This document shows positions 13,211 through 27,440 of a stretch of 64,000 bases of DNA, piece by piece; position 1 is the first letter of the stretch; the number at the start of each line of letters is the position of its first letter. The notes under the pieces are model-generated. The model did no database searches, was not told where the DNA came from, and saw only the letters and a program-made list of their open reading frames with translations. Source of the DNA: Octopus vulgaris (lineage: Eukaryota); contig OX597814.1 in assembly GCA_951406725.2 (NCBI GenBank), forward strand, positions 112,096,001-112,160,000. The letters run 5' to 3'. The position numbers and the translations under genes are program-made.

Positions 13211-13724
13211 ATAAATATAAATACAACCATAGATGCAGACTCCTGATGCGGCTGGGGCATATTCTAACTCGTAATAAAGCCATTCACTATTTTTTCAAGC
13301 AGAAAATTCCCCACGGTTCACAAATCGGTACAAATACACAGAGTCAGCTCACAGCACCCTCTAGCCAGATTGTTCGGTGCATGCATTTCGGAGTGGTTAT
13401 CGTCTCTTCAGCAGCAGAAACCGGAAAGGCTGTCACTTTTTTCATCTGCATAAGGCGAGCCGCTGAACGTTGACGGAAATATCGTTAGAAGGACCTGTCT
13501 CTATTGTCAATTTGCAGCGTCTACCTTCCCGGTCTCTGATACTAAAGAGGGGATAACCACTTCAAAATGCCTGTATCCCACATTCTGGTTAGGAAACTCT
13601 ATGACAAGACACAGTCATTGACTTTCCATTAACGGTTAAGAACAAAAAGTTAAGTAAGGATATATAAAACATCAAATATAAGCTGATTTGTTAAATGGCT
13701 GTTGTCTCTCTCTTTCTCTCTCTC

Positions 13725-13791
<67 letters not shown>

Positions 13792-14060
13792 TTCAGGATC
13801 CAATACAATCAAAATATTTTAATAACGAAGGTAAAGGGTAGACCCGGGAATAGCACCGAAATGAGAGGGCCAATATGTATTATGTGGAAAAAAAACTGCA
13901 AAACTGAATGTTAAATTTTTTCACCTGAAGAAAACGATTTTTTTACATGATGTAATTGATTTGTCCATGCATAAAAAAAACACATCTGAAACAGCTGTAG
14001 TGAACCTCAGCCCATCTATGTTATATACATACACATGTGTGTGTTTGTTTGTGTGTGTAT

Positions 14061-14091
<31 letters not shown>

Positions 14092-14113
14092 CATACACAT
14101 ACATATATATATA

Positions 14114-14155
<42 letters not shown>

Positions 14156-15185
14156 GTTTAAATATTTGTTGTGCAAGATTTTTTATGTGAAGTCGTGTGT
14201 TGAAACAGATATAAGCAAAATAACACCAAATATATAGTGCGTGTGTTTTTATTGGCTAAACTGGCAATATGACCATTCCGAAATATAACAATATATATAT
14301 ATATATATATATATAACGAGCCCCATATCTTTGCCGATTATTTCTGTTTCATTACCAACATCATCATGGTTACGACAAATGCAAGGAGGAGCTGCACCGC
14401 CACCCGCCGCCACCACCACCACCACCACCACAATCACCACAACCATCGCTGCCGCCGCCGCCGCCACCAGAACCACCAGAACCACCACCACCACTTACAA
14501 TAACATCTTAATGCCAATCAATAAACTATGTTTTTATTGCGATAATATAAAATAATATACAGGGAGTGGACCTTTCTATTAAGACTAAGGTGGCGGGGGT
14601 GGCGGTGCTGGGATGTAGAGAGACGGAGAAGGACGTGACGGTTGGGGTGGGGGGAAAATGCTTTATGAAATGAGATGGGTCTGACTACTAGGTATAGGGG
14701 AAAAGGGAAACAGCGACAAAGTGTGGGCAGGAGGTAAATACATTACAAAGGGGGAGGACCTGCCTCTTAGGATTTGCAGAGATGCGGGGGAGTAGTGAGA
14801 GGTGGACGAGAGCATAGGGAAGTTATTATAAGGGTGTCGACCGTATTCTCAAGACGATCGCCAACACTAGATTAGGTAGAGGGTGGTGGGTGGGCGTTGG
14901 GTATTAAGGAGTCAGGGGCCAGAAGAGGTGGCGGAGGAAGTAAATATATTTCTATCTCTATTGAGTCCTTCTTATTTGCTTTGTAAGAGATAAGGAGACT
15001 GCTTCGGTAACAATAACAGCAATGACGACGACGACGACGATGATGTTGGTGGTGGTGATGATGATGATGGTTATGATGACGATGATGGTAATAAAGATGA
15101 TGAAAAGGAAGATGAGATGTAGTGAGTGAAAGAAGCAAAGAAACAAAATAGATTGTTCAACGCTAGATAGAGTTCCTCTCTAGCC

Positions 15186-15234
<49 letters not shown>

Positions 15235-16447
15235 GTGTGTGTGTATCTATGTACACATATATATATACACATACCTGTGTGTGTATACATACATATACAT
15301 ACATATATATGAATACATATATGTATATATGTGAGTGTGTGTGCATGCGCGCGTGTGTGTATATATATGTGTATACATGTGTGGAATGTTATATCTGACA
15401 CAGAAGCCATAAAATGATGGACGTCTAGAATATCATATGTAACATTAAATTAAAATCGTTCATTCACTACAGATGGCCGTATGTTCCTCTCTGTGAGCTC
15501 TTTAAAAGCAAGGAGAGTATTTGGTCTAGCTCGTGGATTTTGAAGTTTGAAACAGGTAACATTTTAAAGAAAATCGGTTATTCTAAAGATAAATACATAC
15601 GATAAAAAATCTTTACATTATTTTGAATTAAAAGAGCCTGGGAGAAGCGTATCGAAGGGCGGAGTATGGTGGTAAAAGAGGGAAGACTATCGAGAGCCCA
15701 AATATTAATGGAACTATAAGCAGTAAGGAGTTTTTACTGTAGGGTTTAATGCTTGAAACGGAAGTGAATTTCTAAATTTCTGTTCACTTCTAAATTCCGA
15801 GTCCATGCAACTAATTATAGTACACAAGTATTTTAACTCTAGATTGACCCCTCACCCTATCTTTCTAACTACTATACCCCGTTATTTCACAGTCTTCTTC
15901 CCCATTGAACCAAATATCTCATTCATTTGAAAATCTTGTTTAGATCGAAACATATGGCCATATGTAACGAATAATTTTAATTTAATATAATACATATTAC
16001 GCACACATATTTTAGATTAGTATACGTTTGACTAGTGACTTAAACAACATTACATTATAGAATAGTCATTCTAGTATTTTATGAACACACTGCAATGAAA
16101 TTATGCCACTGAAAAGGTCGCAGAAGAGCGACGAACATTTTTGCCACGTCATAATAGACCGTACGGTTAATAACTAAACTAAGAGTATATATATATGTGG
16201 TTCTTCAATGGATGAAATGACTTTTCCATGGTTTAATTGCGTGGTTAGGAGCGTATATATGCATATGTACATATTTATACATACACACACACATGAAAGC
16301 AACTGAGTCTAAACTTCGAAGTCACTGCCAATATTTCTTAAAATAAAAAAATGTTCCATTGTGCGTTAAATGTTTTGATTGATTGTATATCTAACTTTGC
16401 ACAAAACAAGCTATACATACACACACATACACAAGCACACTTCTTTC

Positions 16448-16504
<57 letters not shown>

Positions 16505-16613
16505 CACACACATATATATACATACACACTCTCTCTCACACACATATATATATATATATTTATATATATATACATACATATTCATACACACACATATATA
16601 TATATATATATGT

Positions 16614-16652
<39 letters not shown>

Positions 16653-17930
16653 TATATACATTTATTTATACATACATACACACGCTCACACACATATACA
16701 TACAGGGAAAACAAGGCTGACAGACAGACGCACACAGACGGAGAGAGCTTTCGAGTCTGTCAATGAATTTAATGAAATATGACGTTCCTATCAGCTACCG
16801 TTACATCACAGACTGACCTTAGCGCTGATAACAAGAGTAAATAGTTCTAATAGTGACAACAGTAGAAGGTTGAAGTGTATTGCGGAGGGTGGGGAGTAAA
16901 TAGTTGTAATAGCAACAACACAAGAAGGCTGATGTGTAGTGGTGTGTTAGTGGGGGGGGGGGTGATGTGAGGCAAGGCTAACAGTAGAAGTAAGATCTGC
17001 TTTCTCATTTATTATGCGTTTAACTGGTTGTGGCAGGCTGTAGTGTTCCTCTGAAGTCGACTTAACATTTTATATGTACAAGCAGACTGGCGTGGGGATA
17101 TGTGTGTATTCATATGCAACGCATATATATATATATATAAAGAGAGAGAGAGAGTGGTGGTACAACAAGGCACCAATGTTTACTGGAAATAGCAGTCGAT
17201 AAATTTACGACGCTATAGTAAAGCTTCACGTGTGAAGGCAGCGAACATAAAAATTTCGTCTTACCTTTAAGTAGAATATTAGACAAATGGACAATCCAGA
17301 ATCGGATAATCCAGTATCTAGGTTTCGGACTCTTCAAATACGTTCGTTATAGTAAATTTAATTAGTTTTCTTCAGCTAGATTTACCTAGACAGTATTTCA
17401 AATGTAGCTACATCAATGCCAGTATACTCGCCTGAACGCCTAGCCATTAACAGGACCGAGAACAGTGAAAAGGTTTTCAATGAAAAATTAAATATTGCAG
17501 TACAAATGTATTATGTAGTAAAGATGTTTGCCAACCAACATAACATGGCAGTCCAGGTTTACGATGAATGTGGCTGTAATTTAGCCCCAGGAGACATCGT
17601 CTCCAGCTGGCTATACGACACCATCTGTGTCCTTATATTTTCGAACAAGGGAATCTAGCACCCCCACTCCGCTCAAAACAATATCCGTGTATCGCGATTT
17701 CCGGGTTATTTCCCTTCACCAGCACAGAATAATTGTTCGGCTAGAGGTGGCGCTGCCAAATTCCCGTTCGAAATGTATTACTTTCCATATATGTATATAT
17801 ATTATATTAAATTAGAGACAAAACCACTATTAGGCAAATCAAACAATGAAAAACTTAAGCCAATACATAAGATTATTATATTTATATTATTTAAATATAT
17901 AACAAAATTATTAAAAAATATAATTAATAT

Positions 17931-17999
17931 AACACTACGATCGTTTCATGCCAGCTAACTTCTTCAAATTTTTGAGTCGCAGTCATTCATCAGGTGGTT
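17931..17999 (-). ncRNA. Hammerhead motif with long stem II
   Basis: Reverse complement: AACCAC-CTGATGA-ATG...CAT-GAAAC-GATC-GTA-GTGTT, with palindrome ACGATCGT. Confidence 0.68.
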
Positions 18000-18136
18000 T
18001 AAATATTTATCTTGGCGAGGTTTAAACAATTGTCTCTAATTTAATATAATATAATATTTTACTATAAAATTGGATTCAATCCTAAATCTGATTTTTCCCT
18101 GTAAGTTTGGATTTATTCCCTAATATTTATTATATG

Positions 18137-18203
<67 letters not shown>

Positions 18204-18362
18204 TCCTTTTCTTAGAACAACAAACATTCTAAAGTGGAACGCTTGACAATTGCGATGTAGCGTATGAAAGCAATGGTTGCATCGTAAATCCATAAAAATT
18301 ATTATACGTATATGTATGAAAGTGTTTATATATATATATATATATATATCTATATATATTCT

Positions 18363-18578
18363 TTTATTCTTTTATTCTTTCACTTGTTTCAGTCATTTGA
18401 CTGTGGCCATGCTGGAGCACCGCCTTTAGTCGAGCAAGTCGACCACGGGACTTATTCTTTGTAAGCCTAGTACTTGTTCTATCGGTCTCTTTTGCCGAAC
18501 TGCTAAGTTACTGGGACGTAAACACACCAGCATCGGTTGTCAAGCGATGTTGGAGGACAAACACAGACACACAAACAA

Positions 18579-18650
<72 letters not shown>

Positions 18651-18809
18651 GACGGGCTTCTTTCAGTTTCCGTCTACCAAATCCACTCACTAGGCTTTGG
18701 TCGGGCCGAGGTTATAGTAGAAGACACTTGCCCAAGGTACTACGCACTGGGACTTGACCCGGTACCATGAGGTTGGTTAGCTACTTACCGCACAGCCACT
18801 CCTACGCCT
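18363..18809 (-). mobile_element. SINE family A, full length, 5' end fused to U6
   Basis: Same head, body and tail as 11845-12278. Confidence 0.88.
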
Positions 18810-18913
18810 AAAAAATATGGAACGCTTCACGAATTTGCGTAACATCCTTGCGCAGCGGCCATGCTAGTCTTCTTTGTATCGTCCCAATTTTAGTATATGT
18901 ATTGCCGAAGCAC
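18810..18913 (-). pseudogene. U6 snRNA retrocopy (near full length, mutated)
   Basis: Reverse complement reads GTGCTTCGGCAATACATATACTAAAATTGGGACGATACAAAGAAGACTAGCATGGCCGCTGCGCAAGGATGTTACGCAAATTCGTGAAGCGTTCCATATTTTT. The ACAGAGA box is mutated to ACAAAGA, and the copy is flanked by SINE sequence rather than a U6 promoter. Confidence 0.93.
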
Positions 18914-19239
18914 AGTCCCACTGCGTGGCATCTTCTGCTATAGCCCCGGGCCGACCAATGCCTTGTGAGTGGATTTGGTAGACGGAAACTGAAAGAAGCC
19001 TGTCGTATATATGTATATATATATATGTATGTGTGTGTGTGTTTGTGTGTCTGTGTTTGTCCCCCTAGCATTGCTTGACAACCGATGCTGGTGTGTTTAC
19101 GTCCCCGTCACTTAGCGGCAAAAGAGACCGATAGAATAAGTACAGGGCTTAGAAAGAATAAGTCCCGGGGTCGATTTGCTCGACTGAAGGCGGTGCTCCA
19201 GCATGGCCGCAGTCAAATGACTGAAACAAGTAAAAGAGT

Positions 19240-19240
<1 letters not shown>
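18914..19240 (+). mobile_element. SINE family A, 5'-truncated
   Basis: Begins in the B-box region (AGTCCCACTGCGTGGCA) and runs through the tail GAAACAAGTAAAAGAGT. Confidence 0.85.
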
Positions 19241-19270
<30 letters not shown>

Positions 19271-19565
19271 CATAAATATATAATTAAGATTCAGTTGAAT
19301 TAGGTACTTAAATTGAGGCACCTTGCTAGGTTGGTATTATCCGCACACACAAACAATATTAATTAGATATTGAATATCAAGACTCCTTGCAGGGGTGTTT
19401 CTACATGATGTTTCTGCCGTGTGTGCAGACAACGCAAACCAGTTAAGTGAAGATATCCGCTCGTAGTAATTCAGACATGTAATTTTATTATAAAGGTACT
19501 TTGTATAGTATTTCCGAAGTGCAGATTCCTAGTAAGGTGAAGAGAATGCAAATGAATATCAAAGA

Positions 19566-19869
19566 TGTACAGGTGTCAATTCATTACGACCGTTTCAAGC
19601 GGCTCCTTTAATTGATTAAGGAAAGAATTATATCAATTTGAATGAAGACGTTCTCGTCAGATGACCGCACAGACTTCAAACATAAGGATATAACCATTTT
19701 CAAATATATATTTATATTAATAAGGGAACTAAAAATATTTACATTATTTCTTTCGTCATATCTGTGGCAGAATGAACCGTTTGGTTCAAATCATTAAATT
19801 GATGTAATGTTTTCATTAATCAATTAAAGGAGCCGCTTGAAACGACTGTAATGAATTGACACCTGTACA
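19566..19869. repeat. Inverted repeat, ~54-bp arms ~200 bp apart
   Basis: TGTACAGGTGTCAATTCATTAC...CTCCTTTAATTGATTAA (19566-19619) is the near-perfect reverse complement of 19816-19869. Confidence 0.85.
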
Positions 19870-20068
19870 CACAGAAATTAGCTTTCGCATTTATAACATA
19901 AGATGATACATACGCAAATACACACATATATGCATTCATACATACACACGGATTAACACGAAAGTGTGCTTAATAAACTTCAGTCATATATGCATAAATA
20001 AAAAGCTGTATCTTAAATACACTTATATATATATACATATACATATATATATATATGCACACACACAC

Positions 20069-20099
<31 letters not shown>

Positions 20100-20303
20100 T
20101 GTATGTATGTATGTGTGTGTATACGCGTGTGTTTGTATGTATGTATATATATTATAAATGCACATATCCACATATGAACATACACACTTGCATGTGTGTG
20201 TGTATACATGCATAAAAGTATGTATTTGGCATGTTCGTGCGTATGTGTGTGTGCACGTGCGTGGTACGATGGTGTGTGTTTATACACAATGGTAAAGTTA
20301 ATA

Positions 20304-20338
<35 letters not shown>

Positions 20339-20959
20339 AAGCGATAATGGTGGTCTTAAAAACGTAGAAGTTTTAACGGTGTGGTTTATCTTTCATTTAA
20401 GGTTGTCTGAAAACGAAAAATTACATAAAACTACAATGGCGAATTATTAAATAAATAAACATATGTATAGACAGACATAGAAATGAATAAGCACAGAAAA
20501 CATTTCCATATGAAAATCGATAAAGACCAAACCATTCAAAAGAAAAAAAAAAAAGCTCGAAAAAGAGGTGGGGAAAATAGAGTGCAGGGATTGTAAATGG
20601 GATTATATAAACCGGAAGCGTAAAATGCGTGAAATAAAGCTACCATATGTAAATAAAATCATAGTATTGTTGTTAAGTGCTGGAGTAAACCGCGTGCCTT
20701 CACTTCCTGTTGACGCCGCAGCGCCTGTCAATAAATGGGCGATAGGTGCCGCTCTGGTTTATGTTTTCAAATCAAATAAGCCCAGCCAGACGACTGCGTT
20801 CGATTCACTGGTCATTCGTTGACTTGGTTGTAGTTGGAACTAACTGGAGGTGAGGTTGTTTTGTAAGCAACTCTAGTCGTAGTAGTAGTAGTAGTAGCTG
20901 TTGTCTAAACATGATTGAAAGGTGTTCGGTTAAGGAGCGGCAAACCCTCTTCAATAATA

Positions 20960-21035
<76 letters not shown>

Positions 21036-21492
21036 TGATGATGATGATCGATCGACAGGACAATGATGCTACTGTTGGTTATTGTTTGTGATAAAGTAAT
21101 ATTTATCCAAGTCTCAATTACCAATTAACATAACAAAAGGGGGGAAAAAACAAAAAAAAAAACAAAAAAAAACAAAACAAAAATAAAGCAAAACAGAAGC
21201 AGAAACAGCAGAAGGCGGCCCAGCCAAGCCACAACTTCCAATACAACAACACCAGTTACTAAAACACTGCTCTGCCAGAGTAGTAGTAATATTGGTAGTA
21301 GTAGTAGTAGTAGTTTCTAAATTTTGGTACTAGGCTAGCAATTGTGGAGGGGGATGGTTAAGTCTTTTACATCGACTACTTTATTGAAAGGCAAGATCGG
21401 CCTTGACACAATTTGAACTTTGCACGTAAAGAGTCGGAAGAAAGGCGCTAAGCACTTTTGTCTAACGCGCTAACCATTCTGCTAGCTCACCA

Positions 21493-21546
<54 letters not shown>

Positions 21547-21552
21547 TAATAA

Positions 21553-21932
21553 TAGCTCTCAGAGAGCGTAAACCTCCGCCAAGGTAGCACCTACGTCCTC
21601 TCAATGATTAGCTGGAGATGATTTTTAAAATGAGAATATCTGAAATAAACTCGACTGCTCTCACAAACGAGAATACTAAAAATGAACCCGACCGCTCTCA
21701 AAACTTAAGTAAAAAAAAAAAAACAACAAAAAAAAAACAGGAAAAACAGTCCAGAATCCTTGTCCGGTACAGGATCGATCCCCAAAATTTAATCAATTCG
21801 TGCCAGTCATAAGGCCAAAGATCCCTGAAAGTTTCACCAGAATCCATCCAGCGGTTCTTGAGATATCTTGTCCACGGACAAACAAACACGATTGAAAACA
21901 ATATCTCCACCTTCGCTAAGGCGAAGGTAATA
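21553..21932 (+). mobile_element. Helentron-associated non-autonomous element (HINE/DINE-1-like)
   Basis: Has a 5' palindrome GCTCTCAGAGAGC, subterminal inverted repeat ACCTCCGCC...GGCGAAGGT, core AGTTTCACCAGAATCCATCCAGCGGTTCTTGAGATATC...GACAAACAAAC and a 3' hairpin ACCTTCGC-taag-GCGAAGGT. Confidence 0.6.
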
Positions 21933-21946
21933 ACAACAACAGCAAC

Positions 21947-21983
<37 letters not shown>

Positions 21984-22084
21984 GAGGCACAAGGCCTCAG
22001 ATTTGTGGAGAGGGGGACGTCCAAAAGGATGAAAGGTAAAGTCGACCCTGGCGGAATTTGAACACAGAAGGTAGAGGCAGACGA

Positions 22085-22117
<33 letters not shown>

Positions 22118-22137
22118 TAATAATAATAATAATAACA

Positions 22138-22446
22138 ACAGAATTGAGAATTATTTACGAATCATCTCTGGTTTACCATCCATGCAGTAAGTGCAAAAGA
22201 TTGTCGTAACTAGTATGTCACACGTACTGAGAAGAGCAATGTCGCAGTGAATTTTCTTTCCTTTTTCCCCTTTATTTTCTTTGTTTACTTTTTCATTTTT
22301 CTGTCTTTCTCCCTTTTTTTCTATCACATCACTTTCTAAATGAACAATCTGGTGTGTTTATCTTAAATGCCTACCAAAGTATACAGTCTGTTTCTCTGCA
22401 CTACGTGTCAGGAAGACACTCGGCAAGAAATGGAAACGGAATTGAA
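22138..22446 (+). mobile_element. R4/Dong-like (REL endonuclease) LINE extreme 3' end
   Basis: RIENYLRIISGLPSMQ*VQKIVVTSMSHVLRRAMSQ* resembles the QK.vllgtahILR C-terminus of R4/Dong ORFs. It lies between (AAT)n and (GAA)n tracts. Confidence 0.5.
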
Positions 22447-22870
22447 AGAAGAAGAAGAAGAAGAAGAAGAAGAAGAAGAAGAAGAAGAAGAAGAAGAAGA
22501 AGAAGAAGAAGAAGAAGAAGAAGATGATGATGATGATGATGATGATGATGATAGCCATGTATTGAGAGGGATTCTTTGGGGTTTGAATAATTCACTTCTG
22601 GAAACATGGGTGTTTCGTTCAACATCCTTAACCAACCCTTATTCAGGGACCTTTTGAGCGGGATGGTTTACTCGTCAAGAAGAAAATTCTAATTGAGACC
22701 CACCTGCAAGCTCATACGCTGTTTATCTTGATATGATATCACCATGTCGCGTACATATGGTTGTGATGCATGTGCCTGGTGTACTATTATCAGACGGGTA
22801 GTCATGATGGGTATACTGGGCTTCGTATATTTTACCCCAGTGTCACTTTGATGGCATGCACTGCTCTCGC

Positions 22871-22929
<59 letters not shown>

Positions 22930-23202
22930 CCTTTCTACTATAGGCACAAAGCCTGAGGTTTGGAGGAGGGGATGAGTCGAATATATTGACCCAAGTACTC
23001 AAGTGGTACTTATTTTATCGACTCAGAAAGGAAAAAAGGCAAAGTCGACATCGGTGTAGTTAGAACTCAGAACGTAAAAACGAACTAAACGTTGCTAAGC
23101 ATTTTGTCCGTCGTGTTAACGGTTCTGCCAGCTCACTGCCTTGATAATAATAATAATTATAATAATAATAACAATAATAATAACAATAACAATAACAATA
23201 AC

Positions 23203-23254
<52 letters not shown>

Positions 23255-23919
23255 GAATATTCATATTTTTTTATGATGATAATCAGAGAGCGCCCCACCG
23301 GAAGTGAAGTGGGAAGCAGGCAGTCAAGTGCTGCTACAACGACTGTTCACACCTATTGAGCGTTGAATATGGAGTGGAGCGTGTGTCTTGATTATTAGCA
23401 ACAACAACAACAACAATATCACCATCAATAATAAAAACAAAAAACAAAGGTATTTTCATTGAGTGAGAAATGTCAATAATTGTTAGTACATAGGTTAGCT
23501 TACAACAATAGATCCGCCTCACCTCCGTTGTGAAAATCTTGGTTCTTTCAATTAGCGAATGAATGGGATAAAGTTTGAAGGATTTAACGAGGAAGTGGTG
23601 CTTAGAAGACTTATATTAATTAGTCGATATGCCACTCGTTGTTTAATTACTGGATGTGTTTTATGTATTTAATGGTAAGTGTGGGTTGCTTATTGAGGCT
23701 TGGTAGATACTTCGTCAGTGACAAAGAAACGAACGAGTTACTTCATAATCCAGACTCAGAAACAACGCAATAATAATAATAATAATAGTAATAATAATAA
23801 TGATAATAATAATGATAATAATAATTCACTGTTACTCAACACACACACACGCGCGCGCGTAGATCTATGCATACACGCACATACAAGCTCGCACACAGAC
23901 ATATATATATGTATGTATG

Positions 23920-23970
<51 letters not shown>

Positions 23971-24817
23971 ATAAGCGTTTAGCAACAAGTAGCTTGACCA
24001 CATACCGAAAAATTTTTGAAATAGCAGCCAAAGGACTACTATTTCCTTTTTCTACAAAAATATGTCTCCAAAGACAACAATATTTGTAACTCACATATGG
24101 CAAAAAAAAAAGAAGAAACATAATGAAATCAAACAGTCTTCGGTTAATTATGGACGTACGTTTCTGGATTAGAATCATAAGATTCATTTCCTTCATCGAC
24201 ATGATATTCTGATAAATAAATCTAGAAATGCTAGGAAAACTTTCCCCTTATATTTCCGACCAAGCGTCATCGGAACATATAAAAGCTAATCAGCATATCC
24301 ACATTTATATAGACGAGTGAATTCGTACTTCCCTCCAAAATTCTACCACCATGTGAGTTACAAAATAGTACTGCCGAAAAAAGATTCGTAGTTTTGTCGT
24401 AGGGGAGTGAAATAATCATTAGAGATATAGGGTGAAAGATAATTAATTTAATAAAATCAAGAAAATTTCACCTAGTAGTATTTCGGTATGGAAAAGGACC
24501 ATATTCGGTAAAAACTTATACAAAAAGTTTTTTATATTATATATATAACAATAAGGGTTTAGCAACAAGTTGCTTGACCACATACCGAAAAATTTTTGAA
24601 ATATCAGCCAAAGGACTACTATTTCCTATTTCTACAAAAATATGTCTCCAAAGACAACAATATTTGTAACTCACATATGGCAAAAAAAGAGAAGAAAAAT
24701 AATGAAATCAGTCTTCGGTTAATTAACAAAAATGGGTATATGAAAAATCTCTCGTTTTTTAATTTTTCATACACCCACTTTTGTTAAAATTTACTTTCAG
24801 TTTAGCATTCTGCCTTA

Positions 24818-24948
<131 letters not shown>

Positions 24949-25020
24949 TTTATAGATAAATTTCCTCTATTTACATAATATTGAGGTCTCTTTCTTTCTT
25001 TTGTTATCTTACCGTTTTTA

Positions 25021-25068
<48 letters not shown>

Positions 25069-25747
25069 CAAATGTGCTTTTACGCTACTCTAAGTGGTTT
25101 AGCTGTTGCTTCTAGCAGTATACGAGCTTGTAGCACATACAAGTAATGACGACTAAATTTTGCCTATATGATTTCTAGTGCGCCAGCTGCCCACATTAAT
25201 ACTTACTGAAACGTATATACACTCTCTCACATACACACTTTTAGTAAAAACAGGTTCACATTAATTACATAATTTGGTGGACGCATGTCTGTAAACTTAG
25301 TCTGGTGTGACTGATAGCGAATTTAGCCATGTATAGCCGCCATATACACGGTGTTACTACATTCGTTAGGCTCTTTGTTAAATAAACATTTCTGGTCGAG
25401 TTACTCTTGACAAACGTCTAATGTTTAATATATACAATCATATACATGGGTGAGTGTGTGTGTGTGGCTGTATGTTACATGGTTCATTGCTGTATATGCA
25501 TGTGGTTAATTAGCTTTGCTATAATGAAACCTTTTTTTTTTATCCATATCTTAAGAGATAGTCGTATGTTTTAGGAAAAAAGCAACTGGCTCACAAACGT
25601 ATGGCGGCAACATTTTCGTCTCAATGAATCAGGGTTTTGTGTCTCGGGAAATCAAGATTCACGCCTAACGAGAATATTTCTTCCTGCGGCATTGGTGGTG
25701 GCGACGATCCAGATTGTTATATTGTTATTTACTATAATGTTTACATG

Positions 25748-25784
<37 letters not shown>

Positions 25785-25790
25785 ATATAT

Positions 25791-26120
25791 AGGCGCAGGA
25801 GTGGCTGTGTGATAAGTAGTTTGCTTACCATTCACATGGTTCCGGGTTCAGTCCCACTGCATGGCACCTTGGGCAAGTGTCTTCTACTATAGCCTCTGGT
25901 CGACCAAAGCCTTGTGAGTGGATTTGGTAGACGGAAACTGAAAGAAGCCCGTCGTATATGTATGTGTGTGTGTGTGTGTGTGTTTGTGCGTCTGTGTTTG
26001 TCCCCCCAACATCGCTTGACAACCGATGCTGGTGTGTTTACGTCCCCGTGACTTTGCGGTTCGTCTTAAGAGACCGATAGAATAAGTACTAGGCTTATAA
26101 TAGTAAAAGAGTAAAGAGTA
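25791..26120 (+). mobile_element. SINE family A (tail partly deleted)
   Basis: Head AGGCGCAGGAGTGGCTGTGTG and body match the other copies. Confidence 0.85.
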
Positions 26121-26136
26121 TACATACACACACGCG

Positions 26137-26172
<36 letters not shown>

Positions 26173-26608
26173 TTTCGCATTTCGATACAAGGCCAGCAAT
26201 ACCGAGGATGGGCATAGGTCGATTACATCGACCCCAGCACTCAACTGGTACTTATCGGAAGTACCAGTTCGATCTCGAAAGGACAAAAGGCAAATTCGAC
26301 CTCGGCAGATAGATAGATAGATAAATAGATAGATAGATAGATAGATAGGTAGGTAGGTAGGTAGGTAGGTTGGTAGGTAGGTAGGTTGGTAGATAAATAG
26401 ATAAATAGATAGATGTGTGTGTAAACTTCAGGAAACAACATTTGTAGCTCAAGAGCGATTGAAAGAGATTTGCTTGAAATACTGTTCTCAGATACCTTTT
26501 TAAAGCCATTTTCTACGACATACATTAATGAATGGATCACGCATATATATACAGCAGACACCAGATAGAAAACAGGGGAAGGTGTATCGATTAACTATTC
26601 TTTGTGGT

Positions 26609-26817
26609 TTAACCTTTTGATACCAACCGACATGAGACAGAGTCCACGGTTCTCACACAAATTTATTGTTTAAAGTGATCGAAATTAAAAGTCTCCATTA
26701 AATTTCGTGCTAATTTTTGTTAGAAGCAGCCATCTTGATAAGTTCTTTATTACTTTGAAAATCAACTCAAACCAAAGGCAGTGTATTTTAATAGAAATAT
26801 GAAAAGAAAACGGTTAA
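26609..26817. mobile_element. Possible piggyBac-type MITE
   Basis: TTAACCTTTT...AAAACGGTTAA ends (TTAA target plus short TIR). Confidence 0.35.
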
Positions 26818-27308
26818 CATGGAGACAAGTTAAGTCTGTAGCAATTTATGGGTTGTAGGAAATTTTACTGTAAACAATTTCGCTGTAGGAAAATTCGCCA
26901 CGAGAAATGACCTCATCGTTTTAAATTACCTCATCAGGTTTTTTTAATGTTCGACGTTGGGTAAAGACTTGCCGGTTTAGTTTTGTTCTAAACCATTCAT
27001 CAGTTTTTTATTTTTTAAAAATGCTGATATAATACAACTTTATCATTGTCTATACGGAGAATTTACTTTACAAAGAATTTTCCGGAACACGGCGAAATTT
27101 CTTAGGGTGAATTTTTCGCACACGCAATTTACAAATGGACAAGAGGAAAACCAAAAACATAAAGAACATGGAATTGATAAAGGTAAAGAATCATCAGATT
27201 CGTATCTGATTTTGGTAAAATCTAAGACAAAGAGTAAAATTCATGTGAAGCACCACCAACCAGAAATTGTTATCTGGGATATATAAAAACACAATCTCCC
27301 TTTCTACT

Positions 27309-27351
<43 letters not shown>

Positions 27352-27440
27352 TCTCTCTCTCAATAAGTATGTACAGCATTTATGCAAAAGATTTGTGTGT
27401 ATGTGTGTATGTGTGTGCTATACTGAATAACCTAGCTTAC

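Noticed and set aside
18810-18913. Functional U6 gene
   Set aside because: The ACAGAGA box and other conserved bases are mutated, and the upstream sequence is a SINE rather than PSE/TATA.
19816-19860. Possible hammerhead in the 19.6-19.9-kb inverted repeat (GAAACGGTC)
   Set aside because: No recognisable NUGANNA core precedes it.
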